NCBI GenBank assembly: GCA_963706575.1
Contig: CAVPNL010000005.1
Location: forward strand, 224,001-288,000
DNA from: an uncultured delta proteobacterium
GTDB lineage: Bacteria; Desulfobacterota; Desulfobacteria; Desulfobacterales; JAHEIW01
Direction: 5' to 3'
Length of the DNA: 64,000 nucleotides
Below are positions 45,679 through 56,337 of this stretch, piece after piece. A model generated the notes under the pieces. It was not told where the DNA came from. It saw only the letters and a program-made list of their open reading frames with translations, and searched no databases. The translations under genes were made by a program, and so were the position numbers. The number at the start of each line of letters is the position of its first letter. Position 1 is the first letter of the stretch.

Positions 45679-46464
45679 CTAAGCGGCGGCCTCTGCGGCG
45701 CTCGCTCCGGTTCCCAAGTACGCCTCGATCACTTTCGGGTTCTTTTGAATTTCCGCCGGGGTGCCCTCTGCGATTTTTTCACCGTAGTCCAAAACGGTGA
45801 CAATTTCGGAAATGCCCATGACGACTTTCATCTGATGTTCGATTAAAATGATGGTGATGCCGAGCTCATCCCGCAGGTGCTGAATAAAGTCCATCATTTC
45901 CTGGGTCTCACTGGGGTTCATGCCGGCGGCGGGTTCATCCAGCAACAAAATTTGCGGACGGGTGGCCAGCGCGCGGGCAATTTCCAGGCGCCGCTGTTCG
46001 CCGTAGGGCAAATTCTTGGCCAGCTGTTCTCCTTTGCCACCCAGATTAACAAAGCGCAGCAGGCGGCTGCTTTCTTCATCGGCCGTCTGTTCTTCTTTGC
46101 GGGTGCCGGGGGTTCCGATGACGATCCCCATAAAACGCGCTTTGAGATGGGAATGCAGGCCCACCAGAATATTTTCCATCGCCGTCAGGGCGGGAAACAG
46201 GCGGATATTCTGATAGGTGCGTGCAACCCCCAGGCGCACGATTTGATCCGGCAGCAATCCCACCAGTGCGTGGCCCATCAGGTCGATTTCCCCCAACTCC
46301 GGTTTATAGAAACCTGTGATGCAATTGAACAGGGTCGTCTTGCCAGCCCCGTTGGGCCCGATGACACTGTGGATGCTGCTTTCTTTGACCGTCAGATCCA
46401 GATTGTCGATGGCAACCAGACCGCCAAATTGTTTGGTGAGTCTTTTCGTTGTCAGAATTGCCAT
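45679..46464 (-). CDS. livG: branched-chain amino acid ABC ATPase
   Basis: GPNGAGKTT, LPYGEQRRLEIARAL, DEPAAG. Confidence 0.93.
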   Translation of the reverse strand: MAILTTKRLTKQFGGLVAIDNLDLTVKESSIHSVIGPNGAGKTTLFNCITGFYKPELGEIDLMGHALVGLLPDQIVRLGVARTYQNIRLFPALTAMENILVGLHSHLKARFMGIVIGTPGTRKEEQTADEESSRLLRFVNLGGKGEQLAKNLPYGEQRRLEIARALATRPQILLLDEPAAGMNPSETQEMMDFIQHLRDELGITIILIEHQMKVVMGISEIVTVLDYGEKIAEGTPAEIQKNPKVIEAYLGTGASAAEAAA

Positions 46465-46473
46465 GCTTTCCTC

Positions 46474-48168
46474 CTAACCGCTTGCCGGGGCGGCTTCGGC
46501 CGCCTCCGCCTCATTTTCGTCTTCTTCGATGTGCAGCTCACGCCGCCGCTTGACATCCGGCCACAGCCCTTCGGGTTTCAATAACATCATGGCCACCAGC
46601 GCGGCACCGTATACCAGCAAGCGGAACTCGGCAAATTCGCGCAGCAGTTCGGGCAAACCGACCAGGGCGAAGGACCCCACAATGACACCGGGGATGCTGC
46701 CCATGCCGCCGACAATGATCAGACAGATAATGTTGATGGAAACAATGACATTGAAGCTATGGGGATAGACCGAGCCGATTTTAGTGGCAAAAATGGCGCC
46801 GCTCAAGGCCGAAAAACCGGCGCCGGTGGCAAAGGCCATCAGTTTGGTGGCCACCAGGTTAATGCCCATGGCCTGGGCCACGTCCTCATCCTCGCGCACA
46901 GCCATCCAGGCTCTCCCCAGGCGGGAGTCCCGCAGGCGCCAGGATATAAATCCGACCAGCAGACAGCCGGCCAGAATGATATAATAGACTTGCTGCGGCG
47001 TGGTAAAGGTGTACCCGGCCAGACTGATATTGGGAATTTGGCCGATACCCTGGGCGCCGCCGATCCACGGGCGCAGCCAGTCGGACAGAACCAGAATCCG
47101 AATGATTTCACCAAACCCCAGGGTGGCAATCGCCAGGTAATCGCCGCGCATTTTGAGCACCGGCACCCCCAGCAGCACACCGGACAAAATGCCCGCGGCG
47201 ACGACAATGGGCAGGGCACTCCAGAATCCCATACTAAAGAATCCCAGCTCAGGGGATGTCAGAATGGCGACCACGTAAGAGCCCACGGCGAAAAAGGCCA
47301 CATAGCCCAGATCCAGCAATCCGGCAAAACCCACCACGATGTTGAGCCCCAGCCCCAGAAGCACGTAGAGGCCGACGATGGTCAAAACCTCACTGAGGAA
47401 CAGCCCCAGGATTTTCGGCAAAACAAGCAGGATCAACGCCATAACCAGCATGCTGGCGAGTTTTAGAGTGCGCTGCTGCCCGGCAGGCAGCCCTTCCACC
47501 CTGGTTTTAACGCTGCCGCCTTTGCTGTGCCACAAATAAACCAGTAGTGCGACCAAAACAAACAAGCCGACGGCCCCTTTGAGAGCCAAACCGTTGGCCG
47601 CAAACAGAAACAGGTTGATCTTGGCCAGCGGGCCCCACAGCGAGATGACCGGCCGCAGCATGTCCTGCAGCATGCCGGCCATGATCACAGTGCTGAATGC
47701 CGTGATGAGCATTTTGCGAACTACGGCCGGGGCCTGGTAGAGCAGGCCGGCAAAAAGACCGCTCAGGGCGCCGCTGAACAGCAGCAAGGGGATGCCGAGC
47801 TTGGGGCCGTAATAAAATGTCAATATCTGATAGAGCACCGGTGAGGCATTGATAAACATCATTCGCAGGTTGATGAGCTTGCCGATGGTAACCAGCAGGG
47901 CAATGCCGGCCGCCGTCATCACGCCGGTGAGGATGGCCGTGCCGAAGACCAACACAGTCTGGTCCCGCCCAACTTTTTTAGCAGCCAGGTAGGATAGAAA
48001 TACCGCGTTGAGCAGCAGCAGGATGTTGCCCATGGTAACAATTTGGTAAATAATATCGCGCTTGTTAAAGGACTCGACCATGCCGATCAGGGCGAGCATC
48101 ACCGCCGTCAAGGCACCGATCAGCCCGATGTTGAACGCATTCCGCCAGGGAGATTGATCCTGATTCAT
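46474..48168 (-). CDS. livM: branched-chain amino acid ABC permease with long N-terminal membrane extension
   Basis: GLNIVVGFAGLLDLG, RGDYLAIATLGFGEI, AVREDE. Confidence 0.9.
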   Translation of the reverse strand: MNQDQSPWRNAFNIGLIGALTAVMLALIGMVESFNKRDIIYQIVTMGNILLLLNAVFLSYLAAKKVGRDQTVLVFGTAILTGVMTAAGIALLVTIGKLINLRMMFINASPVLYQILTFYYGPKLGIPLLLFSGALSGLFAGLLYQAPAVVRKMLITAFSTVIMAGMLQDMLRPVISLWGPLAKINLFLFAANGLALKGAVGLFVLVALLVYLWHSKGGSVKTRVEGLPAGQQRTLKLASMLVMALILLVLPKILGLFLSEVLTIVGLYVLLGLGLNIVVGFAGLLDLGYVAFFAVGSYVVAILTSPELGFFSMGFWSALPIVVAAGILSGVLLGVPVLKMRGDYLAIATLGFGEIIRILVLSDWLRPWIGGAQGIGQIPNISLAGYTFTTPQQVYYIILAGCLLVGFISWRLRDSRLGRAWMAVREDEDVAQAMGINLVATKLMAFATGAGFSALSGAIFATKIGSVYPHSFNVIVSINIICLIIVGGMGSIPGVIVGSFALVGLPELLREFAEFRLLVYGAALVAMMLLKPEGLWPDVKRRRELHIEEDENEAEAAEAAPASG

Positions 48169-48206
48169 TTTGTCAAAAACGTCCTTTCTGACTTCAGAAG
48201 AGTTGA

Positions 48207-49268
48207 CTAAGCTTTCTTTATGGCCAATCGTTCGCCCAGAATTCCGGTCGGGCGGAAAATCAGCACCATCACCAGCATCGTAAAGGCAATCGCGTCCTTG
48301 AGCTGATAGGGCGCCACGATACCCAGACCATCAAGAAACAGGCTGGGGCCGACGGATTCAACCAGTCCGAGGAAGATGCCGCCCAGCATCGCACCCGGGA
48401 TATTGCCGATGCCACCCAGAACTGCGGCGGTAAAGGCTTTGATGCCGGGGATGAAGCCCATGAAAAAATGCACCTGCTTGAACATTATGGCGTACAGCAC
48501 CCCGGCCGCACCGGCGGCGGCGCCCCCGACAACAAAAGTCATGGATATCATTTTGTCCACGTCGATTCCCATCAGGGCCGAGGCTTCCTTGTCCTCGGAG
48601 ACGGACCGAATGGCCTTGCCGATGCGGCTTTTCATGACAAAGGAGTACAGGGTGAACATCAGCACGACGGCGGCCACGATGACGACGGCCTGAAATTTGA
48701 GAATACGGATACCGGCAATTATCCAGTGGCCTTCCAGCATCGCGATGTCCGGATACGCCTGGAAGCTGGAACCATAGAGCCCCCGAAACAGGTACTGCAG
48801 AAAAAAGGACGCCCCGATGGCGGTGATCAGCGGGATCAGCCGCGGTGCGCCTCTGAGGGGCCGGTAGGCAATCCGTTCCAGAAAAAAAGCAATCGTGACG
48901 GATACGGCCATGGATACGAGGAAGATGACCCCCAGGCAGAGAATGGGCTGGGCCTCCAGAAAGTCATTGCGGTAAAAATAGGCCGCCACAAAATAGGCCG
49001 TATAGGGTCCGCTCATGAAGACTTCGCCGTGCGCAAAGTTGATCATGCGCAACACGCCGTAAACCATGGTATAACCGGTGGCGATCAGCGCATACACACT
49101 GCCCTGGGCCAGGCCGAAGATGACGAAATCGATCCAGTGTCGGGTGGTATAGGTCCCTTTGATCAGGGTGGCGATCGAGCCCCAGATAATCAGGAACAGC
49201 AGCCCGCCGCCGATCAGCCACATCACCACGTCGGTGGGTGATATCCGTTCGCGAATTCGTTGCAGCAT
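48207..49268 (-). CDS. livH: branched-chain amino acid ABC permease
   Basis: YALIATGYTMVYGVLRMINFAHGE, KAFTAAVLGGIG. Confidence 0.92.
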   Translation of the reverse strand: MLQRIRERISPTDVVMWLIGGGLLFLIIWGSIATLIKGTYTTRHWIDFVIFGLAQGSVYALIATGYTMVYGVLRMINFAHGEVFMSGPYTAYFVAAYFYRNDFLEAQPILCLGVIFLVSMAVSVTIAFFLERIAYRPLRGAPRLIPLITAIGASFFLQYLFRGLYGSSFQAYPDIAMLEGHWIIAGIRILKFQAVVIVAAVVLMFTLYSFVMKSRIGKAIRSVSEDKEASALMGIDVDKMISMTFVVGGAAAGAAGVLYAIMFKQVHFFMGFIPGIKAFTAAVLGGIGNIPGAMLGGIFLGLVESVGPSLFLDGLGIVAPYQLKDAIAFTMLVMVLIFRPTGILGERLAIKKA

Positions 49269-49452
49269 AGTTCTTTTCCTTCTTAATCCTTATGAACCTG
49301 ATGTTTGCCTTATGACAACGTGCGTTTTCTCGCAACGCGAAATGTTGCCTGCGTTGACGCACGGCAAACGGTCGGGGAGAATATGCTATTTTGCAGGGAG
49401 AGCCGGGTATCATTCGCATACCCGGCTCTCATGCAGCATTAAAGAAAAAGCG

Positions 49453-49480
49453 AAAAAGCCGGCTTCGATAGAAGCCGGCT
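49453..49480 (-). terminator. intrinsic terminator after livK
   Basis: agccggcttc-gata-gaagccggct with T-run on the minus strand. Confidence 0.7.
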
Positions 49481-49494
49481 CTGATCGATTAAAA

Positions 49495-50715
49495 TTAATA
49501 CGGTTTCCAGTAAGGCTTGCTCGGCATCTGCAGCTTCTTCACGTTTTCTGGCTCGGTCTGATAAACTGCGATTTTCGGATCGGCGCAGTCGCCGTACTGG
49601 TCACAGGTGATCGTGCCGGTCAGCCCTTTCATCTTTGAGGTGGCGTAGAGGGCATCCCGCAGCGCTTGGCGGCCGATATACAGATCTCCGCCTTCTTTGA
49701 CGGCCACTTTGTCGATCGCATTCAGGACCATCATGGTGGCGTCATAGGCATGGGCGTGGAACGGCGCGATGGGTTTTTCACCGTATTTTTTCTGGTGGGT
49801 CTTCAGAAACTCTTGATAGCCCCCCGCAAATGCTGAAAAATCCGGGCTGGAATGGAACATCCCCACGGCGGCGTTGCCGGCAGCTTTGTAGAAATCCGGC
49901 GAGAACATGCCATCGGCGCCAAACAGCATTACCTTTTCCAAACCGGACACTTCTTTGGCCTGGCGCGTAATAAATCCGCCTTCGGCAATAAAGATCGGAT
50001 AGTAGATGATCTGCGGTTTGCCGGTGGCGATCTTGGTCAAAACCGGGCGCATGTCGGTATCGTTGGGCGAAACAGCTTCCATGGCGGTAATTTCGCCGCC
50101 CTTCTCTTTAAAGGTTCTGGCAAACACCTGGGCCAGCTGTTCGGCGTAGACACTGCCGTCATGAATGGTAGCCGCTCTTTTGAGACCCTTCTCATTATAT
50201 GCAAAATTAGCCGCAATTGCACCCTGAACCTTGTCATTGTGGCAGGTGCGTAAATAGCCCGAGTAACCGTCACTGCGTTCGGGGTCGGTCAGGTACGGCG
50301 CGGTGTTTGAGGGCGACACGGTCGGAATGCCGGCCTTCCACAGGATCGGCACGCCGGGCTTGGCTTCGCTGGAGCAGTTGGAACCGATGGCCGCGACAAT
50401 GGTCGGGTCGGCCGCTAGGCGGGTTGCTGCGGCCTGGCCGCCTTCGGCACTGCAGCCGGAATCCTGGCCTGAAATTTTAATCGGCCAGCCTTTGATTGAG
50501 CCGCCGAATGTGTCCACCGCAATTTCGATACCGCGCACCGTATCGGTGCCCAGGGACGTATTCGGGCCTGAAATGACGAACCAATAGGCAATGTGGATGG
50601 GCTCACCGGGGCGCAGTTTGACCACTCCGATGGGATCTTTCACTTCTGCCTGTGCGCTAAATGCAAATGCGATCACGAACAAAAATACCAACACAATAGT
50701 TAACTTCCGGTTCAT
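49495..50715 (-). CDS. livK: branched-chain amino acid ABC substrate-binding protein
   Basis: Signal peptide; GSNCSS, SPSNT, R...D..QG, AYDA. Confidence 0.88.
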   Translation of the reverse strand: MNRKLTIVLVFLFVIAFAFSAQAEVKDPIGVVKLRPGEPIHIAYWFVISGPNTSLGTDTVRGIEIAVDTFGGSIKGWPIKISGQDSGCSAEGGQAAATRLAADPTIVAAIGSNCSSEAKPGVPILWKAGIPTVSPSNTAPYLTDPERSDGYSGYLRTCHNDKVQGAIAANFAYNEKGLKRAATIHDGSVYAEQLAQVFARTFKEKGGEITAMEAVSPNDTDMRPVLTKIATGKPQIIYYPIFIAEGGFITRQAKEVSGLEKVMLFGADGMFSPDFYKAAGNAAVGMFHSSPDFSAFAGGYQEFLKTHQKKYGEKPIAPFHAHAYDATMMVLNAIDKVAVKEGGDLYIGRQALRDALYATSKMKGLTGTITCDQYGDCADPKIAVYQTEPENVKKLQMPSKPYWKPY

Positions 50716-50766
50716 TTCATATCTCCTTTCTCTGTATCATTAGTGCTCAACGTATTGAGAGCTTGG

Positions 50767-50815
50767 TAGAACAGTACGGCTTGAGATCTTATTAGAACAG
50801 TACAACTTGAGATCT
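50767..50815. repeat. two 23-nt direct repeats upstream of livK
   Basis: tagaacagtacggcttgagatct / tagaacagtacaacttgagatct, period 26. Confidence 0.8.
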
Positions 50816-51060
50816 GATTTAGGACGGAACAACACTGTCTGGCTGCATCACCTCCTTTCAGCATCTGTGGAGATGCCGGGGATCATTAGGCCATATTTTC
50901 AAAGGCTTAAAATGTCAAACAGCCGTTGCCTGACGCTGCTGACTGTCAACCGGCTGAAATCATGGCTAAATAAGATTTAGTTGGTGATTTCGATTCAAAA
51001 GGTTTGGCGCCTATTTAAACAACATTTGAGCATTAGTCAAGAGCTAATGTTAAGAAAAGG

Positions 51061-52233
51061 TTAAACCAGCCCATTTTCGCTCAATGCCCGGTTTTCCAGT
51101 ATGCGCTGTGGGGAGAAAATGGAAAGGTCCAGTGAGACCGGTTTTTCGAGGATGAGTTCGCTCAAATAGCGGCCGACGGTCGGTCCCTGTTGCAGGCCGT
51201 GACCGGAAAAGCCGTTGGCCAGGTACAACCCGTTGAGCTCCGGCCACTGACCCAGAATGGCGTTGCCGTCCAGGGTGTTGACCGCGTAGAGCCCGGCCCA
51301 GCCGCGCACCAGTTTCAGCCGGTCGAATGCCGGGACAAATTCGGCCAATTCGGGCCACAGAAGTTCGAGGAAGCGTTTATCGTCCCAGTTGAAATCAAAT
51401 CCGACGGGATCTTCCGGCAAAGATTTACCCAGCAAAATCAATCCGCCGGTTTCGCTGCGGAAATACAACCCGGACGGCAAGATGGTCAAAGGCAGCGGGC
51501 CGGTCGGTTTTACGGCCGTATCCAGCGCAAACACCTGGCGCTTGACCGGAAGCACCGGAAGCTTAACCCCTGCCGTTTTGGCCACGTCGGCGGCCCATGC
51601 CCCGGCGCAGTTGACCACAAATGCTGCATTAAGGCGCCCAAGTGCCGCCAGCCCCGCGCCGGCGACATGCTTTTGGTTCTTTTTAATCGTGACAACCTCA
51701 TCCTGAATATAGGTTGCGCCCAGTGAGCGGGCCTTGGCCTTGTACCCCATCAGAACGGCATAGGCATCGATATAGCCGTCATTCGGACTAAAGGTTCCGC
51801 CGATAAACCCTCCGGGTTCATAAAGCGGGTAATGCTCTCTGATTGTTTGCGGCGACCACCATTGAACCTGACACCCCAGATCTTTCTGCATTTCAAACGC
51901 ACCCCGGGCGGCAGTTTCTTGGGCGGCGTCCACCAGAAACAGATTTCCTTCCTGGCGGTAATAAATTCTGGGTTTCTGGTCCTCTACGGCCATATCTTCT
52001 TCAAATCTTTTTAAAACCTGTTGGGTATAGAGAGAAATCTGAACGTTTTCTTTCAAACTGAACTGGACACGGACATTGCTCATCGAAAGGGTGGTTGAGG
52101 CTTGGGTGTAGGCGGCGTCGCGGTCCACTACGGCTACTTTGAGCGTCGGGTCCGCTTTCATCAGATAATAGGCGGTTGCGCTGCCCATGATGCCGCCACC
52201 GATGATGATGATGTCATATGTTTTCATGCGCAT
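51061..52233 (-). CDS. FAD-dependent oxidoreductase (DAO / sarcosine oxidase beta / proline dehydrogenase-like)
   Basis: IIGGGIMG, NCAGAWA, WAGLY, GFSGHG. Confidence 0.85.
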   Translation of the reverse strand: MRMKTYDIIIIGGGIMGSATAYYLMKADPTLKVAVVDRDAAYTQASTTLSMSNVRVQFSLKENVQISLYTQQVLKRFEEDMAVEDQKPRIYYRQEGNLFLVDAAQETAARGAFEMQKDLGCQVQWWSPQTIREHYPLYEPGGFIGGTFSPNDGYIDAYAVLMGYKAKARSLGATYIQDEVVTIKKNQKHVAGAGLAALGRLNAAFVVNCAGAWAADVAKTAGVKLPVLPVKRQVFALDTAVKPTGPLPLTILPSGLYFRSETGGLILLGKSLPEDPVGFDFNWDDKRFLELLWPELAEFVPAFDRLKLVRGWAGLYAVNTLDGNAILGQWPELNGLYLANGFSGHGLQQGPTVGRYLSELILEKPVSLDLSIFSPQRILENRALSENGLV

Positions 52234-52285
52234 TGCCTCCACAAGCACATCTAAATAAAGCTGCTGTTTTCAGGTATCCGTCATC

Positions 52286-52367
52286 GGGTTCAAAGGTTCA
52301 ACGTTCAAGGGTTCAGAGGTTCAAAAGCTGCGCAACCCTTAACGCAGAACCCCGAACCTTTGAACCT
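52286..52367. repeat. 7-8-nt tandem/inverted cassette (GGTTCA / TGAACC)
   Basis: five gttca units then aaccc/aacgc/gaacc units. Confidence 0.7.
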
Positions 52368-53344
52368 CAGAGCGGCAGCCAGGTACCGATACCCTTGTCC
52401 ACCGCCCGCTCATACAAAAGGGGGGCGACGGTCATATCATCCAGGGCCAGGCCGAGATTGGCGGTCATGGTTCGCTCATCCGGCGTTTGGCGGCCGGGTT
52501 TTTGGTCGCTGACCAGCTCACCCAGATCTGCGTAAAGATCTGGTATTTCAGGAAAATAACCCATTTTCTGATACTGCTGAAACTGAGCGGTGTCGTCCGT
52601 ACAGAATTTGGCAGCCTGCGCCATGGCATCCGGATGCCAGTAGGAATCAAAATCCACCAGCGAAGCAAAAGCACCTTCATCCAGCCAGCCGGCCTGGATG
52701 GTTGCGTGGGGTTTTTTTAACATCGGTCCGGCCGTTACCACAATATCGCAGCCGCTCACAGCTTCCCTGGGTGTGGCAACGGGTATGACTTCTAAATCCA
52801 AACGGGTGTTGATTTCAGCGGTATATTGCTGAACCGATTCCGCTTTCACATCATAGGCCCTGACTTCTTTTATGGGAAACAATACGTTCAAAGCTTCCAC
52901 GTTGCTGCGCCCCTGTACGCCGCAGCCCAGCACACCGACCACTGATGATTCGGGGCGCGCCAGATAGCGCGCGGAAAGCGCTGTAGCCGCACCGGTGCGC
53001 ATGGCGGTCATCCAGACGCCATCCATGACCGCAAGTGGCAATCCTGTGGCGACATCATTGAAAATCAACAGGCCGGTGATGTAAGGCAGATTTTTTTTGG
53101 GGTTTTCCGGAAACGCGGCAACCCATTTGATCCCGGCTGATTTCAAATCGGGGATATAGGCCGGCATGGCATGGATGAAACTGTCGCCGCTGCCGGGGTG
53201 AATGCCCGGTTTGGGCGGCATCTCCGTACGGCCCTCGCCTTTTGCGCGAAAGGTGACCGCCAAAGATTCGACAATTTCGGCCATCGTCACGCCGATGGCC
53301 TCAACATCTGCTTTTGATAAATAAAGCAACTGATTTTGCGGCAT
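52367..53344 (-). CDS. ornithine cyclodeaminase / mu-crystallin family protein
   Basis: MPAY, GIKW, TAMRTGA, GCGVQG, GLALDD. Confidence 0.9.
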   Translation of the reverse strand: MPQNQLLYLSKADVEAIGVTMAEIVESLAVTFRAKGEGRTEMPPKPGIHPGSGDSFIHAMPAYIPDLKSAGIKWVAAFPENPKKNLPYITGLLIFNDVATGLPLAVMDGVWMTAMRTGAATALSARYLARPESSVVGVLGCGVQGRSNVEALNVLFPIKEVRAYDVKAESVQQYTAEINTRLDLEVIPVATPREAVSGCDIVVTAGPMLKKPHATIQAGWLDEGAFASLVDFDSYWHPDAMAQAAKFCTDDTAQFQQYQKMGYFPEIPDLYADLGELVSDQKPGRQTPDERTMTANLGLALDDMTVAPLLYERAVDKGIGTWLPL

Positions 53345-53492
53345 GATGCCTCCGTTTGGATTGCACTCGATTCTGGCTAGCTGGTTGATCTATTACGGTT
53401 TATGGCGCGCAGTGTCAAGGAATTATAGGTGGCGGGCAAGTCGGACATCAGGGCGCTTTGGTTTTGCGAACGCTGCTAATAGCATTAGCTAA

Positions 53493-53580
53493 CGAGGACG
53501 AATACGAGGACGACGACGAGTATGAAACGGAGAAATGTTCCTTTTCATCATACTCGCCCTCGTGCTCCTCCTCGCCCTCG
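53493..53580. repeat. 6-nt tandem/inverted cassette (CGAGGA / TCCTCG)
   Basis: cgaggacgaatacgaggacgacgacgagtatga ... tcatactcgccctcgtgctcctcctcgccctcg. Confidence 0.7.
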
Positions 53581-53603
53581 AGAATGGTTTTAAAAGATGG
53601 AAT

Positions 53604-53960
53604 TTAATGCAGGCTTTTAATGCGGTTCATGCGGCTGGTAATTTCAGTTATACGAATGCCGTATTTTTTATTCTGTAAGACCACTTCTCCCCTGGCAATC
53701 AATTTTTCGTTTGCCAGAATATCAACCGGTTCACCCTCAAGTTTTGAAAGTGTGACCGCTGAGCCGGGTCCGAGGTCGAGCAATTCTTGAATTTGAATGC
53801 TGGTTCTTCCCAGTTCTACGGTTATTTCCAGCGGGATATCCAGAAGCAAATTCAGATCAAAGTCTTCCACCGCCCGCATCTCTTCAGATATCTCCTTTGC
53901 ACCTTCCGGGGATTCAGATTGTTCTTCAATATCTTTATCTTTTCCGTTATTTTCAGCCAT
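53604..53960 (-). CDS. fliN: flagellar motor switch protein FliN (isolated)
   Basis: LLDIPLEITVELGRT, GEPVDILAN.KLIARGEVV, YGIRITEI. Confidence 0.9.
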   Translation of the reverse strand: MAENNGKDKDIEEQSESPEGAKEISEEMRAVEDFDLNLLLDIPLEITVELGRTSIQIQELLDLGPGSAVTLSKLEGEPVDILANEKLIARGEVVLQNKKYGIRITEITSRMNRIKSLH

Positions 53961-54336
53961 CCTTTTTAACCTCGGTTATGATTTTTATTGCCCTGACGAA
54001 TTAACGGGGGAATTTGGCTGCATCATCAGGTAATATGTTAGTATAAACCCGCCCAAACCTCAATATTATTTTCCACAGAGGACGGGGCCTTTACGCTGAG
54101 ATCCCTGAATTGCCTATCGATATCTACGATTTTTTTTCTGATGACGAGATGATTGTATTTCTGTTGATGGGGTGATATGAACCCGCTAAAGCTCGGAAAA
54201 ACCTTTTGGAGACCATCGATTCCTTTCAATCTTCCATTATTCCCTTGCTCCATGGCATTCTAATACGGCTAAGCCAATGATTTCTGATCTGGAATAGGGG
54301 GCCAGGAGTTCAATGTTAGAGTAAGAGGAGACCAGC

Positions 54337-56337
54337 ATGTATCGCTATTTGTTTAGCCCGATTCAAATTAATCGGCTGGAAATAAAAAACCGCATTGCCT
54401 ATCCTTCGCTGGGTCTGCTGTATTCAAAGAACGGAAAACTCAACGACCGCTATTTAAACTATTTTACGGAAAGGGCCAATGGCGGTGCCGGACTCGTAAC
54501 GGTCGGACCGGTGGGCGTTGACTTTATCGGCTCGGGGAGAATCGCCTTATCCCTGGCCAATGATGACGCCATCTCCGATTTCAAAAAACTTGCCGGAATC
54601 ATCAAGGATGGGGGGGCTCGGGCCTGGGTTCAGTTGTTCCACGCCGGTGCGTATTCGCACCCGATGTTTATTGATGGCCGGCAGCCGATTGCACCTTCGG
54701 CGGTCTACTCACGCTATTCACAGACGACACCGCGTGAAATGACAAAGGAAGATATCCATCAGGTGCAGGACGCATTCGCCCAAGCTGCCGAAAGGGTAAA
54801 GGAAGCGGGTTTTGACGGTATCGAAATTCTGGCCTCAGCGGGCTATTTGATCACCCAGTTTCTCTCCCCGCGAACCAACAAGCGCTGCGATGACTATGGC
54901 GGCAGCTTTGAAAACCGGGTGCGGTTTCCCAGGGAATTGGTTGAACGGGTCCGCAAGCGTCTGGGTTCCGATTACCCGTTGACGATTCGTATGGCGGGAA
55001 ATGATTTTGTGCGCGACAGCAATACCGATACGGAAACACCTGAATTTGCAAAAATTTATGAGCAGGCCGGAGTGGATGCAATCAATGTGACCGGCGGCTG
55101 GCATGAATCGCGCGTGCCGCAACTGCCCATGCATCTGCCCCGGGCGGCCTTTGCATTTTTAGCCCTGAACGTCAAAAAAGCGGTTTCGGTTCCGATCATC
55201 GCATCCAATCGCATCTCAGACCCGGACAGTGCTGAGCGGATTATCAAAGACGGCTATGCCGATATGGTCAATCTGGGTCGCGTCCTGATCGCCGATCCCG
55301 AGTGGCCCCGAAAGGCTATGGAAGGAAGAATGAATGAAATCCGTCCCTGTGTGGGTTGTTCCCAGGGTTGTACGGATGAGGTCTTTAACGGGCGGGCTGT
55401 GTTCTGTGTCGGTAATGCCCGGGCCGGCTTTGAGGGCGAACGCCAACTATCAAAAACAGATAATCCCAAAAAGGTTATGATCGTGGGTGCCGGAGCCGGG
55501 GGGCTTGAAGCTGCCGTTACGGCAGCGATCTGCGGCCACCAGGTCGAAATTTATGAAAAAGATTCAGATATCGGCGGGCAACTGTGGATCGCCGGTGCAC
55601 CACCGCATAAACAGGAGATTTTAGAATTTATCCGGTATTATCGGGCCCAGATAAATAAACACCAAATCCCGTTGCATCTGAACACAACCGTGGATTCCGA
55701 GGTCATCCAGAAACAAAATCCGGATTACATCATTCTGGCAGAAGGGGCCCGCCCCTTATTGCCGCAAATCGATGGCTATGATGATTCCTGTGTTTATTCA
55801 GCCTGGCAGGTCTTAAAAGGCAATCCGGTTCTCGGTAAATCGGTTGCGGTCATTGGCGGCGGCTCGGTTGGCCTTGAAACGGCCGTGTTTATTGCGGCCA
55901 AAGGCACGATAACGCCTGAAACGCTTCATTTTTTATTTGCCTACGAAGCGGTAAGTCCCGAACGACTGCGCGAGTTGATGTTTCAGGGATCTTCAAATGT
56001 CACTGTTTTTGAAATGCTGCCCAAGATCGGCCAGGATATCGGAAAATCAACCCGATGGATCCTGTTTGACAATTTAAAGCGCTATAAAATTTCAGTAAAA
56101 ACGGGGGCCAGGGTAACATCCATACGTGATGGAATTGTTAAATTCCAAAAAGACGGCCAGGAAGAACAGGTGCAATTTGACAATGTCGTCTTGGCCTCGG
56201 GCTCACAATCTGTCCCCGGTATATCAGCCGAGGTAAAAAAAATGGGATATCCGTTTGCTGCGGTGGGCGACGGTGTCCGTGCGGGGAAATTAAATGAAGC
56301 CATTCATGGGGGGTTCCTGGCGGCGCTGAATATATAG
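54337..56337 (+). CDS. NADH:flavin oxidoreductase (Old Yellow Enzyme + Fe-S + FAD; FadH/BaiH-like)
   Basis: QLFHAG, AGFDGIEI, GYLITQFLSP, YGGSFENR, CVGCSQGC, GAGAGG. Confidence 0.9.
   Translation: MYRYLFSPIQINRLEIKNRIAYPSLGLLYSKNGKLNDRYLNYFTERANGGAGLVTVGPVGVDFIGSGRIALSLANDDAISDFKKLAGIIKDGGARAWVQLFHAGAYSHPMFIDGRQPIAPSAVYSRYSQTTPREMTKEDIHQVQDAFAQAAERVKEAGFDGIEILASAGYLITQFLSPRTNKRCDDYGGSFENRVRFPRELVERVRKRLGSDYPLTIRMAGNDFVRDSNTDTETPEFAKIYEQAGVDAINVTGGWHESRVPQLPMHLPRAAFAFLALNVKKAVSVPIIASNRISDPDSAERIIKDGYADMVNLGRVLIADPEWPRKAMEGRMNEIRPCVGCSQGCTDEVFNGRAVFCVGNARAGFEGERQLSKTDNPKKVMIVGAGAGGLEAAVTAAICGHQVEIYEKDSDIGGQLWIAGAPPHKQEILEFIRYYRAQINKHQIPLHLNTTVDSEVIQKQNPDYIILAEGARPLLPQIDGYDDSCVYSAWQVLKGNPVLGKSVAVIGGGSVGLETAVFIAAKGTITPETLHFLFAYEAVSPERLRELMFQGSSNVTVFEMLPKIGQDIGKSTRWILFDNLKRYKISVKTGARVTSIRDGIVKFQKDGQEEQVQFDNVVLASGSQSVPGISAEVKKMGYPFAAVGDGVRAGKLNEAIHGGFLAALNI

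Noticed and set aside
50745..50820. CRISPR array
   Set aside because: Only two repeats, 3-nt gap, no cas genes.
54038..54253. 71-aa ORF upstream of fliN
   Set aside because: No recognisable motif or clear RBS; cannot be supported.
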